DNA of 64,000 nucleotides, taken from the IMG/VR virus record IMGVR_UViG_3300010399_000032; one strand, 5' to 3'. Under the pieces are notes generated by a model. It saw only the letters and a list, made by a program, of their open reading frames with translations. It had not been told where the DNA came from and ran no database searches. Position 1 is the stretch's first letter; every line of letters starts with the position of its first letter. Both the position numbers and the translations under genes were made by a program. Below, in pieces: positions 27,961 to 37,405 of the stretch. Source of the DNA: a virus.

Positions 27961-28440
27961 CTACGCGACCTCTCCTCCACTCTCCTTACCTTTTCTAGAG
28001 GCCAGGAGTGTTTCCAGTAGAACCAAACCTTCCTGATTCGTTAGGTCCTCCTTTTCCACTATATCTGGGTTGTTGCTGATAGGAGGAACATTATGTTCGG
28101 CCTTAAGCTCCTCAGCATCTTTTTCAGTAAAATATTGTTGGTAGTGTGAAACTAATCGGGGGTGGGGCGTTCCATATGTGATAATGTCCGATTCATAAAT
28201 TTTGAATTCCTGATCCTTAACGATAATAGGTAACACCCACTCAATAAGTGAAATGGTTAACCTTTCGTGAGGATCAGGATTTTTTGATTCCTGATCATAG
28301 AAATAAAGGACTTTAAGAGGGTTATACAATACAAAGTGAGAATCTTCCACGTCATCGGCATCAACCATTAAAGTCTCCGCAATTAGGTCTTCACCGGTGA
28401 CCAAACGGACAAAGTGAATCGATGTTTGAGATTCAATCAT
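27961..28440 (-). CDS. conserved hypothetical protein between uvsW and gp55
   Basis: VRLVTGEDLIA..NPL motif; conserved position in cyanophage-like T4 genomes. Confidence 0.75.
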   Translation of the reverse strand: MIESQTSIHFVRLVTGEDLIAETLMVDADDVEDSHFVLYNPLKVLYFYDQESKNPDPHERLTISLIEWVLPIIVKDQEFKIYESDIITYGTPHPRLVSHYQQYFTEKDAEELKAEHNVPPISNNPDIVEKEDLTNQEGLVLLETLLASRKGKESGGEVA

Positions 28441-28442
28441 TT

Positions 28443-29921
28443 TTATGTTTCCTTGAGTTGGATTCTGTATGTTTTGAATGGAAATTTTTCCTCACTGTAT
28501 AGGTTAAGACGGGCCCTAAAGTGCCTTAGGGTATGGTTTTCATGGGTTTTATAATGTAGATCATCAGCTATGTCATACAATACGGCTACATCTTTATTCT
28601 GATTCAGACGTAATGCTCGCCCAATGGATTGTAAGACACGGATTCGAGATTTTGAGGGGGCGGTAAAGATGATATTATGTAGGTTTTGGATATTTATACC
28701 GGTTGAAAAGGTTCCTACGGAAGCGATGATAATACAGTTAGATTCCGTTTCAACCAGTTTTCGGATTTCTTCCCTAATTTCCACATCAGTTTTACCATAC
28801 ACAAAATAGACATTCCTTCCGGTTCCCTCCAATTTCTTCCGGATCATTTCCTCAAGAATCATACCATGTTTCTTCACATACTGGAATAATACCAGGGTGT
28901 TTTTGGTCATAGCTACGGCCAGATTGGCAATATATTTATTCCTGGTTTCATTTAGGACCAGGAATTCAATTTCTTCCTGATAAGAGGCACCCTTAAGGGC
29001 TTTCTTGATATGATCTGGATATTCCAGGACTAATCCATTGATTGCAAACTCTGCGGCAAATTTCTGTTTGATTAATTCATGGGTTGAAATAACTCGGTGT
29101 ACCGGCCCGAACAACCCTTCCAATACCATTTGGTGGGTCTTAGTGCCATCTAATGTTCCGGTGGTACCAATCCTGAATTCTGCATTAATCAAATTGGACA
29201 TAATGTATTGGATGGACTTGGCCGTGAATAAATGCGCTTCATCCCCGATCACAAAATCGAATTGCTCGAAAAATTCAGGTGGCATTGTATAGAGACTTTG
29301 CCATGTCGATATGGTAATTGGCTTCTTGGAGTCTTTATCCTGCCCCTGATATATCTTATGTATCAGGGAACCAAACGGTAACCCATTGTTTTCCGAATAC
29401 TCGATAAAATCCCCTGCCATTTGTTCAACCAGGTTAATCGTAGGGACAATAATAAGCCCCTTTTTGTACTTTTTAGCGAGAAGGAAGTTAATGAGGAGAT
29501 AGATAATAAGTGATTTACCGGAAGCTGTTGGGGAGAGAAGTAAGATTCTTTGTCGATTAATCGCTGAAATGACAGCATCCAATTGATATTCCCTAGGATC
29601 ATGCTTCGGATTGAGTTTTTGGGTGAAAGTTTGAATTTCATCCAAGGTAACGTTGAATGAGTCATCATCTTCATAATCATATTCATAATTATTATCCTTA
29701 CAGAAAGCTTTAATCTCGGTGACCAATCCGCGATAGATTTTATTCCATCGTCGGTCAAATAAGCGTATTTTACCATCCCATCGGTGGTTTTTATATGCTG
29801 GAGTAAATCGGGCTCCAGGAACCTCAAAGGTAAACTTATCGGCTAATTCTAACGCAATGCCTTTATCGCATTGAATTTGTACCCAGGTCTGATTAATGTT
29901 CTTGATAGTTAAGTCAGGCAT
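28443..29921 (-). CDS. uvsW: RNA-DNA helicase UvsW
   Basis: WDGKIRLF, SPTASGKSLI, GDEAH, GTTGTL, QSIGRALR. Confidence 0.97.
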   Translation of the reverse strand: MPDLTIKNINQTWVQIQCDKGIALELADKFTFEVPGARFTPAYKNHRWDGKIRLFDRRWNKIYRGLVTEIKAFCKDNNYEYDYEDDDSFNVTLDEIQTFTQKLNPKHDPREYQLDAVISAINRQRILLLSPTASGKSLIIYLLINFLLAKKYKKGLIIVPTINLVEQMAGDFIEYSENNGLPFGSLIHKIYQGQDKDSKKPITISTWQSLYTMPPEFFEQFDFVIGDEAHLFTAKSIQYIMSNLINAEFRIGTTGTLDGTKTHQMVLEGLFGPVHRVISTHELIKQKFAAEFAINGLVLEYPDHIKKALKGASYQEEIEFLVLNETRNKYIANLAVAMTKNTLVLFQYVKKHGMILEEMIRKKLEGTGRNVYFVYGKTDVEIREEIRKLVETESNCIIIASVGTFSTGINIQNLHNIIFTAPSKSRIRVLQSIGRALRLNQNKDVAVLYDIADDLHYKTHENHTLRHFRARLNLYSEEKFPFKTYRIQLKET

Positions 29922-30364
29922 TAAGTCTCGCCTCGGGTGAATCTGAGATATTCATTATAGTTCCGGAATTGCCAGGTACGATTGTTAAGTTCCTTAAGGA
30001 TATATTCACAGGTTTTGACAATTTCCTCATAATTGGCTTTTCTCATAAGGAGGGTATTAAGTTCCTTATCACCATCGATATATTTCTGAGCGCCGGCCGA
30101 TGTTGATGTTTTCATCCAAGGTTCCGTAAATCCGTATTTTTCCAAGTCTTCCTTATTATTCAAGTCACCTTTATAATAATCCGTCTTAATGGATTTTTGT
30201 TCATTGTAGTTAGCCGTAACCTTTTTGGCCAAAACCGAATTGGTGGCCATGATCCTGGTATATTTGGCATGTAGTTTGGAAATGTTTAGGTTTTCATCCA
30301 AGATGTTGGTTCGGTCAATCTCAGAATCCTTTTCCCATTCATCCAAGAGCGTCACAATATCCAT
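29921..30364 (-). CDS. uvsY: recombination mediator UvsY
   Basis: W..DS.ID...L......I.KLHAKY, YY.G, NR.WQ; adjacent to uvsW. Confidence 0.9.
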   Translation of the reverse strand: MDIVTLLDEWEKDSEIDRTNILDENLNISKLHAKYTRIMATNSVLAKKVTANYNEQKSIKTDYYKGDLNNKEDLEKYGFTEPWMKTSTSAGAQKYIDGDKELNTLLMRKANYEEIVKTCEYILKELNNRTWQFRNYNEYLRFTRGET

Positions 30365-30389
30365 AGTATATCTCCATGTAGATCATACT

Positions 30390-30418
30390 AATCTAGCAAA
30401 AAAAACTAATAAAGGCAA
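30390..30418 (-). promoter_or_regulatory. sigma70-like promoter for uvsY operon
   Basis: TTGCCT-N17-TAGATT with TGC just upstream of -10. Confidence 0.6.
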
Positions 30419-30466
30419 CAAATTTCTTTGCTATTTCAACTATCTATCATCCTAAATGCGAGAAAG

Positions 30467-31003
30467 TTAGAGTCTCTGGATTTCGAAATAGTCGTATTGG
30501 AAAGTCAGGTCGAAGGTGAGGGTGTTTTTGGCATCATCCGCATTATTATACATGAGCATTCCTAGATAGGTGGGATGACAATTGGCGAATTTTATTTGCA
30601 TGAGTGGGTTATTAGCATTGGTGTTAATGGTCATGATGCCATCCACATACAGAGTTTTTAACGGAAAATCTGTATTGATCATATGCTTATTTTTGATGTA
30701 TTCCGAATATGCGGTTGGTGTAGTCAGACCTTTCATCCATTCATATGTTTCCTGCCAAGTCTTTAGGTCTTCATCACATAAAGCTGTAAGGTTGATAGGA
30801 TCATAGTTGAGGTGATCCGAATGTCTCCAAATCTGGGCATGAGGATTTCCTTGTGGTGCTGGTGTGTTAGAGACGGATGGCAGAATAGCAGATGCCAGGA
30901 AATATTTAAGGAATGGTAATTGAGGGAATATCAGGGTGTATTGCGTTGATTGCGCAAGTGAGATATTTTGTGGTTGCGTTGTAAGTTGTGATTGCTGTGA
31001 CAT
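30467..31003 (-). CDS. gp3: tail completion / sheath stabiliser gp3
   Basis: YF...A.LPSVS, L.YDP......DEDL..W.E.Y.WM, F..C.PT.LG, TF.YDYF; after gp23. Confidence 0.88.
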   Translation of the reverse strand: MSQQSQLTTQPQNISLAQSTQYTLIFPQLPFLKYFLASAILPSVSNTPAPQGNPHAQIWRHSDHLNYDPINLTALCDEDLKTWQETYEWMKGLTTPTAYSEYIKNKHMINTDFPLKTLYVDGIMTINTNANNPLMQIKFANCHPTYLGMLMYNNADDAKNTLTFDLTFQYDYFEIQRL

Positions 31004-31054
31004 TTGACCTCTATACGTGATCCCGTATAAATGATGAATATACGCGGATGTGTA

Positions 31055-31061
31055 TATTTAG
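31055..31061 (-). promoter_or_regulatory. late promoter (gp3)
   Basis: CTAAATA. Confidence 0.7.
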
Positions 31062-31163
31062 GAAGATATTAATTCTGTTTGTTTAAATCGACCTTTGGTA
31101 TAAATTGTCGGATCAAAGGTTTCTTTTTTGATTCTAGTATTTTTATTATCTTTGTTTTTCCAT

Positions 31164-31194
31164 AAAAATACCTCCGTAATTGCTTACGGAGGTA
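31164..31194 (-). terminator. gp23 terminator
   Basis: 11-bp stem TACCTCCGTAA-GCAA-TTACGGAGGTA then TTTTT. Confidence 0.9.
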
Positions 31195-31264
31195 AGTAGG
31201 TTATTTCTCTGAGTTATTATCGAAATATTATTCTAAATAATTACACCAGAGAAAAATGTGTCTG

Positions 31265-32587
31265 TCAGGTCAAATTCCTTACACGGAAGATGCGGTAGTA
31301 GATATTAGCCTGAGTTGCATTGTTACGATCACCAACCACACCGTCACCGGCGGTGGTAGCAAATGGGTTTGCAACCATTCCATACCTGGTCTTGAAACCG
31401 ATCTTTGGCTGGAAGGTTTGTGGGTCGATAGCACGAACCATCTGGAGTGGAACGTATGGGCAGTAGAAGATACCTGCGTCGAATGGTGAAGTTCCCTTGT
31501 AACCAACGGTCACAAGTTCATCACCAACCTTTGAACCACCAAAGTATGGATCAATATAAACCTTGATACGACCGTGCATAACACCAACAAAGGTATTACC
31601 AGTATCGTCAACGTTTAGGTCAACCTGGAGGGCTGGGGTGTAATCGAGAATACCTGCCATTGACAATGCAGATGCAACGTCAGAAGACACGATAATCACA
31701 TTACCCTTACCACGCCTAGTAGCACGAGCGATAGCATTACATTCACGTTCAATCTGGAAGACAAGACCCTTGAACTTTTCAACTGACCAACGACCGTTTG
31801 AGTCGGTGTCAAGGTCGAAAGTACCAGCGGTTGTCACACCATACTGAGCACCAGCGGTAGCTGTACGGTAAATCTTACGAACAACTTCTCGGTTGATATC
31901 AGCGAGGATTTCAGTTGAGAGGATGTTTGAAAGTTCCGTTTCAGCGTCAAGACCGTGGATAGCCTTAAGGTCCTGAGCAAGTTCCATTGAGTATTCAGCC
32001 TTTAGAGCACGAGAGGTTGCAGTAACCGTGGTGCGCTGAATATCAAATGCCATTTCGGCGAAGTAGTTGCCTGAGTCATTTCCTAGACCTTCAGCGACCG
32101 AGGTAGACATACCACCAGCCACACCATAGGTGGTTGAGTCTGATAGTGCGAATACAGGGTCAGTGTTGGTTAGTGAACCAGAAACGTTACCATTAGCACC
32201 GGCAGCATTGGTACCAGAGAAACCGGTATTAGCTTCGTTGAATAGGGCTTCTGTTCCTGACTGTGCAGCATAACGTGAACGCATTGCGAAAATCAAACCG
32301 GTAGGTCCAGTCATAGGCTGAACACCGCAGATATCGTAAGCGATTAGGTTAGGCAACGCGCGTCGAATCAACGAAATGAGGATTGGGTCGTAGTTGTTGA
32401 TTGAAGCACCAGTTGCGTTGGTTGGGGCGCTTTCATTTAGAATCTGAGCTTCCTCAGCCATTGCTTTTTCCTGGTTCTCCAGGACCAAAGCCGTAACCGC
32501 ACGGCGGTATGGGTCCTTGATTGGCTTTAGGCCTTCAAAGTCCAGAACGGGCGACCACTTAGATTCTAGCTGTTCTGTTAGATACAT
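31265..32587 (-). CDS. gp23: major capsid protein gp23
   Basis: GVQPMTGPTGLIFAMR, SRALKAEYSMELAQDLKAIHGLDAE, FQPKIGFKTRYG. Confidence 0.99.
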   Translation of the reverse strand: MYLTEQLESKWSPVLDFEGLKPIKDPYRRAVTALVLENQEKAMAEEAQILNESAPTNATGASINNYDPILISLIRRALPNLIAYDICGVQPMTGPTGLIFAMRSRYAAQSGTEALFNEANTGFSGTNAAGANGNVSGSLTNTDPVFALSDSTTYGVAGGMSTSVAEGLGNDSGNYFAEMAFDIQRTTVTATSRALKAEYSMELAQDLKAIHGLDAETELSNILSTEILADINREVVRKIYRTATAGAQYGVTTAGTFDLDTDSNGRWSVEKFKGLVFQIERECNAIARATRRGKGNVIIVSSDVASALSMAGILDYTPALQVDLNVDDTGNTFVGVMHGRIKVYIDPYFGGSKVGDELVTVGYKGTSPFDAGIFYCPYVPLQMVRAIDPQTFQPKIGFKTRYGMVANPFATTAGDGVVGDRNNATQANIYYRIFRVRNLT

Positions 32588-32635
32588 CGAATATGTCCTT
32601 CTATTGAGTTAGTTATAGTTTTTTCTCATTGATAT

Positions 32636-32642
32636 TATTTAG
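32636..32642 (-). promoter_or_regulatory. late promoter (gp23)
   Basis: CTAAATA ~50 nt upstream of ATG. Confidence 0.75.
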
Positions 32643-32655
32643 TTTTTTCTGGTTT

Positions 32656-33963
32656 TTAGGCCTTAGTTGGAACTGGAACCGTGGTGCGGCCGAGTGCTTT
32701 AACATACTTGGCCATTGGGCCAGTAGTTTCTTCTGCAATAAAGGTCTTACCTTCATCACCAGGAGCAACTGGATTAATGGTTTCCATTGGTTTCACTGTA
32801 ACTGGGAAATAATTTTCCTTAAGAGTCTGGAGTTTACCGCTGAAAGTTGTTTCATCAGTGTAATCCAAACCTTCGGCAAGAGTTTTAATTTTTGCTGCTT
32901 GAACGGTGGTCAAGCCTTCGGTAATTGTATTAATTGCCTTTTCACGCTTACTTTCGTTCAAGTTCTTAGTAAGTTCAACATTGTTTGCAATCTCCTCATT
33001 TAAGCGAGTTTCGAGATTTGAAACGGTCTGGGTCAATTCCTCAACCACATTGACTTTTTCATCAGGAATATCAATGTAATGTTCCTGGAACAAAGTCTTA
33101 AGACCAGTGATAAAATCTTCGGTAAGTTCTGAACGGAGACCGGTTTCGATAGCAACTTCATTTTCCTTGACCCAGTTTTCAACAACATAGTTCAAGTAAT
33201 TATCAGTCTTTTCAGAAAGTTCGGTCTGGATCTGTTCAATTTCCTCAGCCAAGGTTGCAGAAGCAGCTTCTTGGAACTTCTTGACTTCGATTTCAACCTG
33301 TTCCTTAACGGCCGCTTCGAAAATAGTCTTAGCTTTGTTCTTGAATTCTTCTGATAGGTTTTCACCTGAAAGTAGAGCATTCACATGCTCCGACATGTCA
33401 ACCTGGTAATTTTCTGGTAGTGGTGAAGTTTCTTCCTCTACGATTTCAAAGTTTTCCGAAATAGCTTCGGCGATCTGGTCTTCATTAAGACCTTCGGCAA
33501 CTAGTGCATCAATGAAACCGGCGAGTTCTTCGGAAATGGCTGGGCCTTTATAAAGGTCTTCCTCGTCATCCCCGTCATTTTTTGAAAGAAGTTCTGCATT
33601 AGGTTCATTAACGGACTTTGGATAACCATCGTCAACCTGAGCCTGAGCCTTTTTCTTTTCTGGAGGTACCTGATTGCTGGTTGGAGCAGAGGTATCTTGC
33701 TTAACTGGTGCATTGGCAATCGCTCCTGCGTTTTCACCATCACCCAATGAGGTTGGGGCTTGGATAACTTGCTGAGGACCACCTAGAGCATGTTCTGGAT
33801 ATTCAACTCCAGACTTTGGTCGAAGGGTAGCTTCATTAGGAGCAGGACCTGCAATAGTAGTAAGTGGTTGACCACCTAGACCGGTTTCAATAGATTCCTT
33901 GAGGTCCTTCTTTCCCTTATTCTTCAAAACAGCCTTCGCGGTATCTGTTAATGATGGCATCAA
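32656..33963 (-). CDS. gp22: prohead scaffold gp22
   Basis: LSEEFK.KA.TIFEAAV, YL.YVVE.W..EN..AIE.GLRSE, LKENYF. Confidence 0.95.
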   Translation of the reverse strand: MMPSLTDTAKAVLKNKGKKDLKESIETGLGGQPLTTIAGPAPNEATLRPKSGVEYPEHALGGPQQVIQAPTSLGDGENAGAIANAPVKQDTSAPTSNQVPPEKKKAQAQVDDGYPKSVNEPNAELLSKNDGDDEEDLYKGPAISEELAGFIDALVAEGLNEDQIAEAISENFEIVEEETSPLPENYQVDMSEHVNALLSGENLSEEFKNKAKTIFEAAVKEQVEIEVKKFQEAASATLAEEIEQIQTELSEKTDNYLNYVVENWVKENEVAIETGLRSELTEDFITGLKTLFQEHYIDIPDEKVNVVEELTQTVSNLETRLNEEIANNVELTKNLNESKREKAINTITEGLTTVQAAKIKTLAEGLDYTDETTFSGKLQTLKENYFPVTVKPMETINPVAPGDEGKTFIAEETTGPMAKYVKALGRTTVPVPTKA

Positions 33964-33983
33964 TAATACTCCTTATTTCCTTT

Positions 33984-33991
33984 TATTTATA
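33984..33991 (-). promoter_or_regulatory. late promoter (gp22)
   Basis: TATAAATA, T4 consensus. Confidence 0.75.
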
Positions 33992-34646
33992 TTTCTGTGA
34001 TTTTTGACATGAAATTCGTGAAAATTTTCAAAGCTGTAGCTTCAATTTCAGTCTTGCTGGCTTCCTTGATAAGTTTTCTAGACCTATCATAGTCAACCAT
34101 TGACCAGTGACCTGTTGGAGTCATAGTCCATTCAGCCTGTTCCATAATACCTTGCACAAATGCGCCTGGAGCAGAAGGATCAGCCACCACGTCTGCCGCG
34201 GTTGCTAATTTAAAATCATCCTGTACCAATTGATATCCATTATGGGGTTTCAGAGACCCTACGCCTCGTGTTGAAACACCCAGTGAAGCTCCACCCTCTA
34301 TTAGACTTTTCACGATCTTTCCATTTGGAGTATCTAGAACTTTTGCTTTTCCGACGAAATTGTTACCGTCGGGATGTAGCTCGGTGATCATGTGACTTAC
34401 ACGATCTAAATTGATTGAAGGTGCATCTGGGTGCCCTAGTTCACCAAATGCACGGTTTTTGGTAACATAATCTCGGTTGTACCTACCGACTTCTCTTTCA
34501 AGAATATCTTTAGGATACCAACGACCATTCTTGTTCACCACATTTGATTGTAAGAAAACACCCTTAAGATAGAGGTTTTTGCCTCCCTTACCGTCTTCCT
34601 CAGTCAAAAATTCAGTTTCAATGGTTTCTTCTGTAATGAGTTTCAT
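33987..34646 (-). CDS. gp21: prohead protease gp21
   Basis: N.NGRWYP, AFGELGHP, LGVSTRGVGS, DVVADPSAP.AFV. Confidence 0.97.
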   Translation of the reverse strand: MKLITEETIETEFLTEEDGKGGKNLYLKGVFLQSNVVNKNGRWYPKDILEREVGRYNRDYVTKNRAFGELGHPDAPSINLDRVSHMITELHPDGNNFVGKAKVLDTPNGKIVKSLIEGGASLGVSTRGVGSLKPHNGYQLVQDDFKLATAADVVADPSAPGAFVQGIMEQAEWTMTPTGHWSMVDYDRSRKLIKEASKTEIEATALKIFTNFMSKITEI

Positions 34647-34664
34647 TGGTTATCCCTTTGGAAT

Positions 34665-34671
34665 TATTTAT
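34665..34671 (-). promoter_or_regulatory. late promoter (gp21)
   Basis: ATAAATA. Confidence 0.65.
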
Positions 34672-34684
34672 GAATTCCTTATTT

Positions 34685-35011
34685 TTAATCAATTAATTGA
34701 CCGTTTATAATGTGACCATGCCAATGCCCTGTCATAGAAGCGTCAATTGATGGTTCTAAAGTTAGAGTTTCAAAATCTTCACCTATTCGTTTCCATGTCG
34801 GAACTGGTTGAACCCAGGTCGTTTCAGGTAAAAGATTATTAGGATCAATAGGAGTTACGTAAACAGCTAACCTAGTTCCTTTATCGATAGATTCTTCACA
34901 TTTTTTACATGGGCATCGAAAGGTGAAGCCAATTTTTATAGTTTTAGATGATTCAGATATAGAATTCAACCCGAACCACCTCGGTTTATAATCTATTAAT
35001 TTCCTGATCAT
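34685..35011 (-). CDS. DUF6527-like Cys/His protein
   Basis: FRCPCKKC, W.R.G..FE.LTL.PSI......HWHGHI.NG; start MIRKL at ATGA overlap. Confidence 0.6.
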   Translation of the reverse strand: MIRKLIDYKPRWFGLNSISESSKTIKIGFTFRCPCKKCEESIDKGTRLAVYVTPIDPNNLLPETTWVQPVPTWKRIGEDFETLTLEPSIDASMTGHWHGHIINGQLID

Positions 35012-35277
35012 GCCCAACAAATAACGTTGGCTGTGGTGGATGGTCCTATAGCCTGGGCTCGGAAATTGATAATCTGCCCTGCGGTGACTGGATAGGTAAT
35101 CCATGTATTGGAGTCATCCAGCATATTCAAGTTACCATTCTGGGTGACATAGATGAACCTAGGAAATGGTCGACCATTCGCCGTATCCCCAAGGGTGGTA
35201 TTAGCACCTGCGGCTACTGAATAATGGATGGTACCTGGATCGGCTCCGCCATTTTTTGCTACTCGTAGTGAAGTCAT
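35008..35277 (-). CDS. putative capsid spike-base protein (RcGTA Rcc01079-like)
   Basis: R.IYV...GNL.........TY.V.AG.I.......I...TTA..I..W pattern; head-gene context. Confidence 0.55.
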   Translation of the reverse strand: MTSLRVAKNGGADPGTIHYSVAAGANTTLGDTANGRPFPRFIYVTQNGNLNMLDDSNTWITYPVTAGQIINFRAQAIGPSTTANVICWA

Positions 35278-35288
35278 TTATGTTTTCC

Positions 35289-35705
35289 TTATAATCCCAT
35301 TGCTTTTCTTTTGCGTAATGATCTTGCGCGCTTGATTAAGGTCCTTGACATTTTGGCCCTTCTTTTGATTTTACCTCGGCGTTGACCCATTCTTCGGTCA
35401 CGTCTTTCTTTTGGTGTCATGCGGGTTAATTTACCACCACGCATGGTATATCCTTTGGCTGTAGAGACCTTTTTACGTCTTTGAACTTTACCCTTACGGA
35501 TCCGGATCCTAATGATCCTTATTCGACCTTCATGTAGAGGAATCTTTTCATCTTCTATATCTGAGTCATCTTCTCTCCCAAATCCGGCTGCCAGTGATTT
35601 TTTCAATTCGGCCAGGTATTTGGCTTTCTTATATTCTAAGGCTTTCTCGATAAGATGTTTTGCCATTTCTAGGCGGTTGTTTCTGATTTCTTCAACCAGG
35701 TTCAT
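35289..35705 (-). CDS. prohead core protein gp68-like
   Basis: very basic C-term RIR.GKVQRR..VS...GY....GKL.RM...ER..R..G. Confidence 0.8.
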   Translation of the reverse strand: MNLVEEIRNNRLEMAKHLIEKALEYKKAKYLAELKKSLAAGFGREDDSDIEDEKIPLHEGRIRIIRIRIRKGKVQRRKKVSTAKGYTMRGGKLTRMTPKERRDRRMGQRRGKIKRRAKMSRTLIKRARSLRKRKAMGL

Positions 35706-37222
35706 TACAACCTCCTTACGGCAAACTCTAGTACCTTGTAGAAGGATTCTGAATTTTCATTCAGGAGCTTTTGAAGATGGGCCTTATTCTTTTTGTTGAC
35801 ATTCTCGGAGAGATTGATAATTCTACGAGCCATGGTTTCGGTTACAGGAACTTCATCTTTTCCAACAATGATATCTTGGGATTCAATTTTGTTTTCGACC
35901 ATCGTTTTCAGTGTTTTAAGTACATCTTCCGCCACTTCCCTGCGGGCTGGTACACGATCCGGATCAGGCTGGTCAGCAATTGTTCGGTTTGCGCGCCTTG
36001 AAAGCACCACATTTTGAACGGCTAGAGCACCACGATCATATGGACCTGGTTCTGGATGCTCAGGTTCTGGTAGATTTCCTTGCAATGTTCTATGCCCATT
36101 AAAGGCTGGGTGTGCATATGAGTGTGGTATATAATCCGATGAATCGGGCTGCATAGCCTGGATTGGTTGTTGATTATAAAATTGATGCGGCTGTTGTGCT
36201 ACCGGTGTTGCATTTGGTTCAAGTACAGGTGGTTTCTTTAGGGCGGGTGGTTGGACCTCAGGAATTTCAGCTTCCTTAAGATCGGCATTAAACTTTCTAC
36301 GATAGATAGCCTTACCTATAGATGCTCCTAGTGCCGCTGCTCCCGCTGTCATAACACGAGAGATTGGACCATCAGCATCGATATTCTTATGGTAATGAGC
36401 AAAGTCCTGAGCAAGATTGCGCTTCATATGAGCTTCCCGAGCCTCAGAATCCTGTTGGCGTTTTTGTACGGCATCCATGGCTCTCTTGCGCATTATTTTA
36501 TCCTGAAGATCATTCTGTAGAGAAGGCTGAGCCCTTTGATTTACTTGATTGATTTTAACTTCAGGTGCTACAGGTTTTTGTCGCGCTATAGGAGGAGGAA
36601 TTGTAGCTGTAACTGACCATGATGGCTGAGCTTGCGCTTTTACAGGTGTTCCTTTTGGTTGTTCGGATGCAGGTTTCTCCGGTTCCTTTTCATCCTTATC
36701 TTGTTTGGGAGGACCATTTGGTTCAAACTTCTTAAGTTCTTCTGGAGATAAAGCGGGTCTTAGTCGGTTTTTACCGGCCGGGGTTAGTTTATTCCAATCA
36801 TCAGCCGTAAAAGCCTTGCTATTAGATTCTTGTAAGTCTTCTTGAATTCCAATGGATTGGAAAGGAACTGATATATACTTGTTAATCTTATCTGCCCAAT
36901 AAAGGGCAACTTTTTCCCCGCCAGGAAAAACTCGAATTGCTCGACGCTTTAAGATTAAGAGAGGTGGAATGCGGGTGATATCCACATCCGTCATTCCTTT
37001 AAAACCGGAAGAAGCAGCGGCAATGCCGGCATCCTCGGAAATTAATTTTTCTACCAAATCAACCAAGGCATTATGCTCGGCTGGTGATTGGCGTAGATTA
37101 CCACGATCCATAGCCCTATTGATCAAGGTTACTTCATTTTCCTTAAGCAGACCCGAACCAACCAAGGTGGTTAGTTTATTTGTAACTGGCTGTGCGGTTT
37201 GAATCTGCTTAAGAGACTTCAT
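35705..37222 (-). CDS. large prohead core / internal head protein
   Basis: PP.LILKRR.IR.FP.G.KVALY motif, P/Q-rich insert, I/L-x-E sites, position between gp20 and gp68. Confidence 0.6.
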   Translation of the reverse strand: MKSLKQIQTAQPVTNKLTTLVGSGLLKENEVTLINRAMDRGNLRQSPAEHNALVDLVEKLISEDAGIAAASSGFKGMTDVDITRIPPLLILKRRAIRVFPGGEKVALYWADKINKYISVPFQSIGIQEDLQESNSKAFTADDWNKLTPAGKNRLRPALSPEELKKFEPNGPPKQDKDEKEPEKPASEQPKGTPVKAQAQPSWSVTATIPPPIARQKPVAPEVKINQVNQRAQPSLQNDLQDKIMRKRAMDAVQKRQQDSEAREAHMKRNLAQDFAHYHKNIDADGPISRVMTAGAAALGASIGKAIYRRKFNADLKEAEIPEVQPPALKKPPVLEPNATPVAQQPHQFYNQQPIQAMQPDSSDYIPHSYAHPAFNGHRTLQGNLPEPEHPEPGPYDRGALAVQNVVLSRRANRTIADQPDPDRVPARREVAEDVLKTLKTMVENKIESQDIIVGKDEVPVTETMARRIINLSENVNKKNKAHLQKLLNENSESFYKVLEFAVRRL

Positions 37223-37375
37223 TTATTTCTTGTCACCCAAAAAGGTTTTGCCAACTTCAATCTTACGTTCTTCAAGCTTTCCAATGGCCTTATCGGTCAA
37301 TGCTGCATTGAATTGCTGTTTCATGATATCGAGTTTACCTTCGTGGAGGGCTGCAATTGCTGCCTTAACTGTCAT
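37223..37375 (-). CDS. gp67-like small prohead core protein (50 aa; not in ORF track)
   Basis: MTVKAAIAALHEGKLDIMKQQFNAALTDKAIGKLEERKIEVGKTFLGDKK*, AGGAG RBS. Confidence 0.75.
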   Translation of the reverse strand: MTVKAAIAALHEGKLDIMKQQFNAALTDKAIGKLEERKIEVGKTFLGDKK

Positions 37376-37397
37376 GAGTATCTCCTATTATTTAATA

Positions 37398-37404
37398 TAT
37401 TTAT
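37398..37404 (-). promoter_or_regulatory. late promoter (gp67-like)
   Basis: ATAAATA. Confidence 0.65.
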
Positions 37405-37405
37405 G

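Noticed and set aside
31068-31163. 31-aa ORF after the gp23 terminator
   Set aside because: Its apparent RBS is the terminator stem; low-complexity AT-rich sequence
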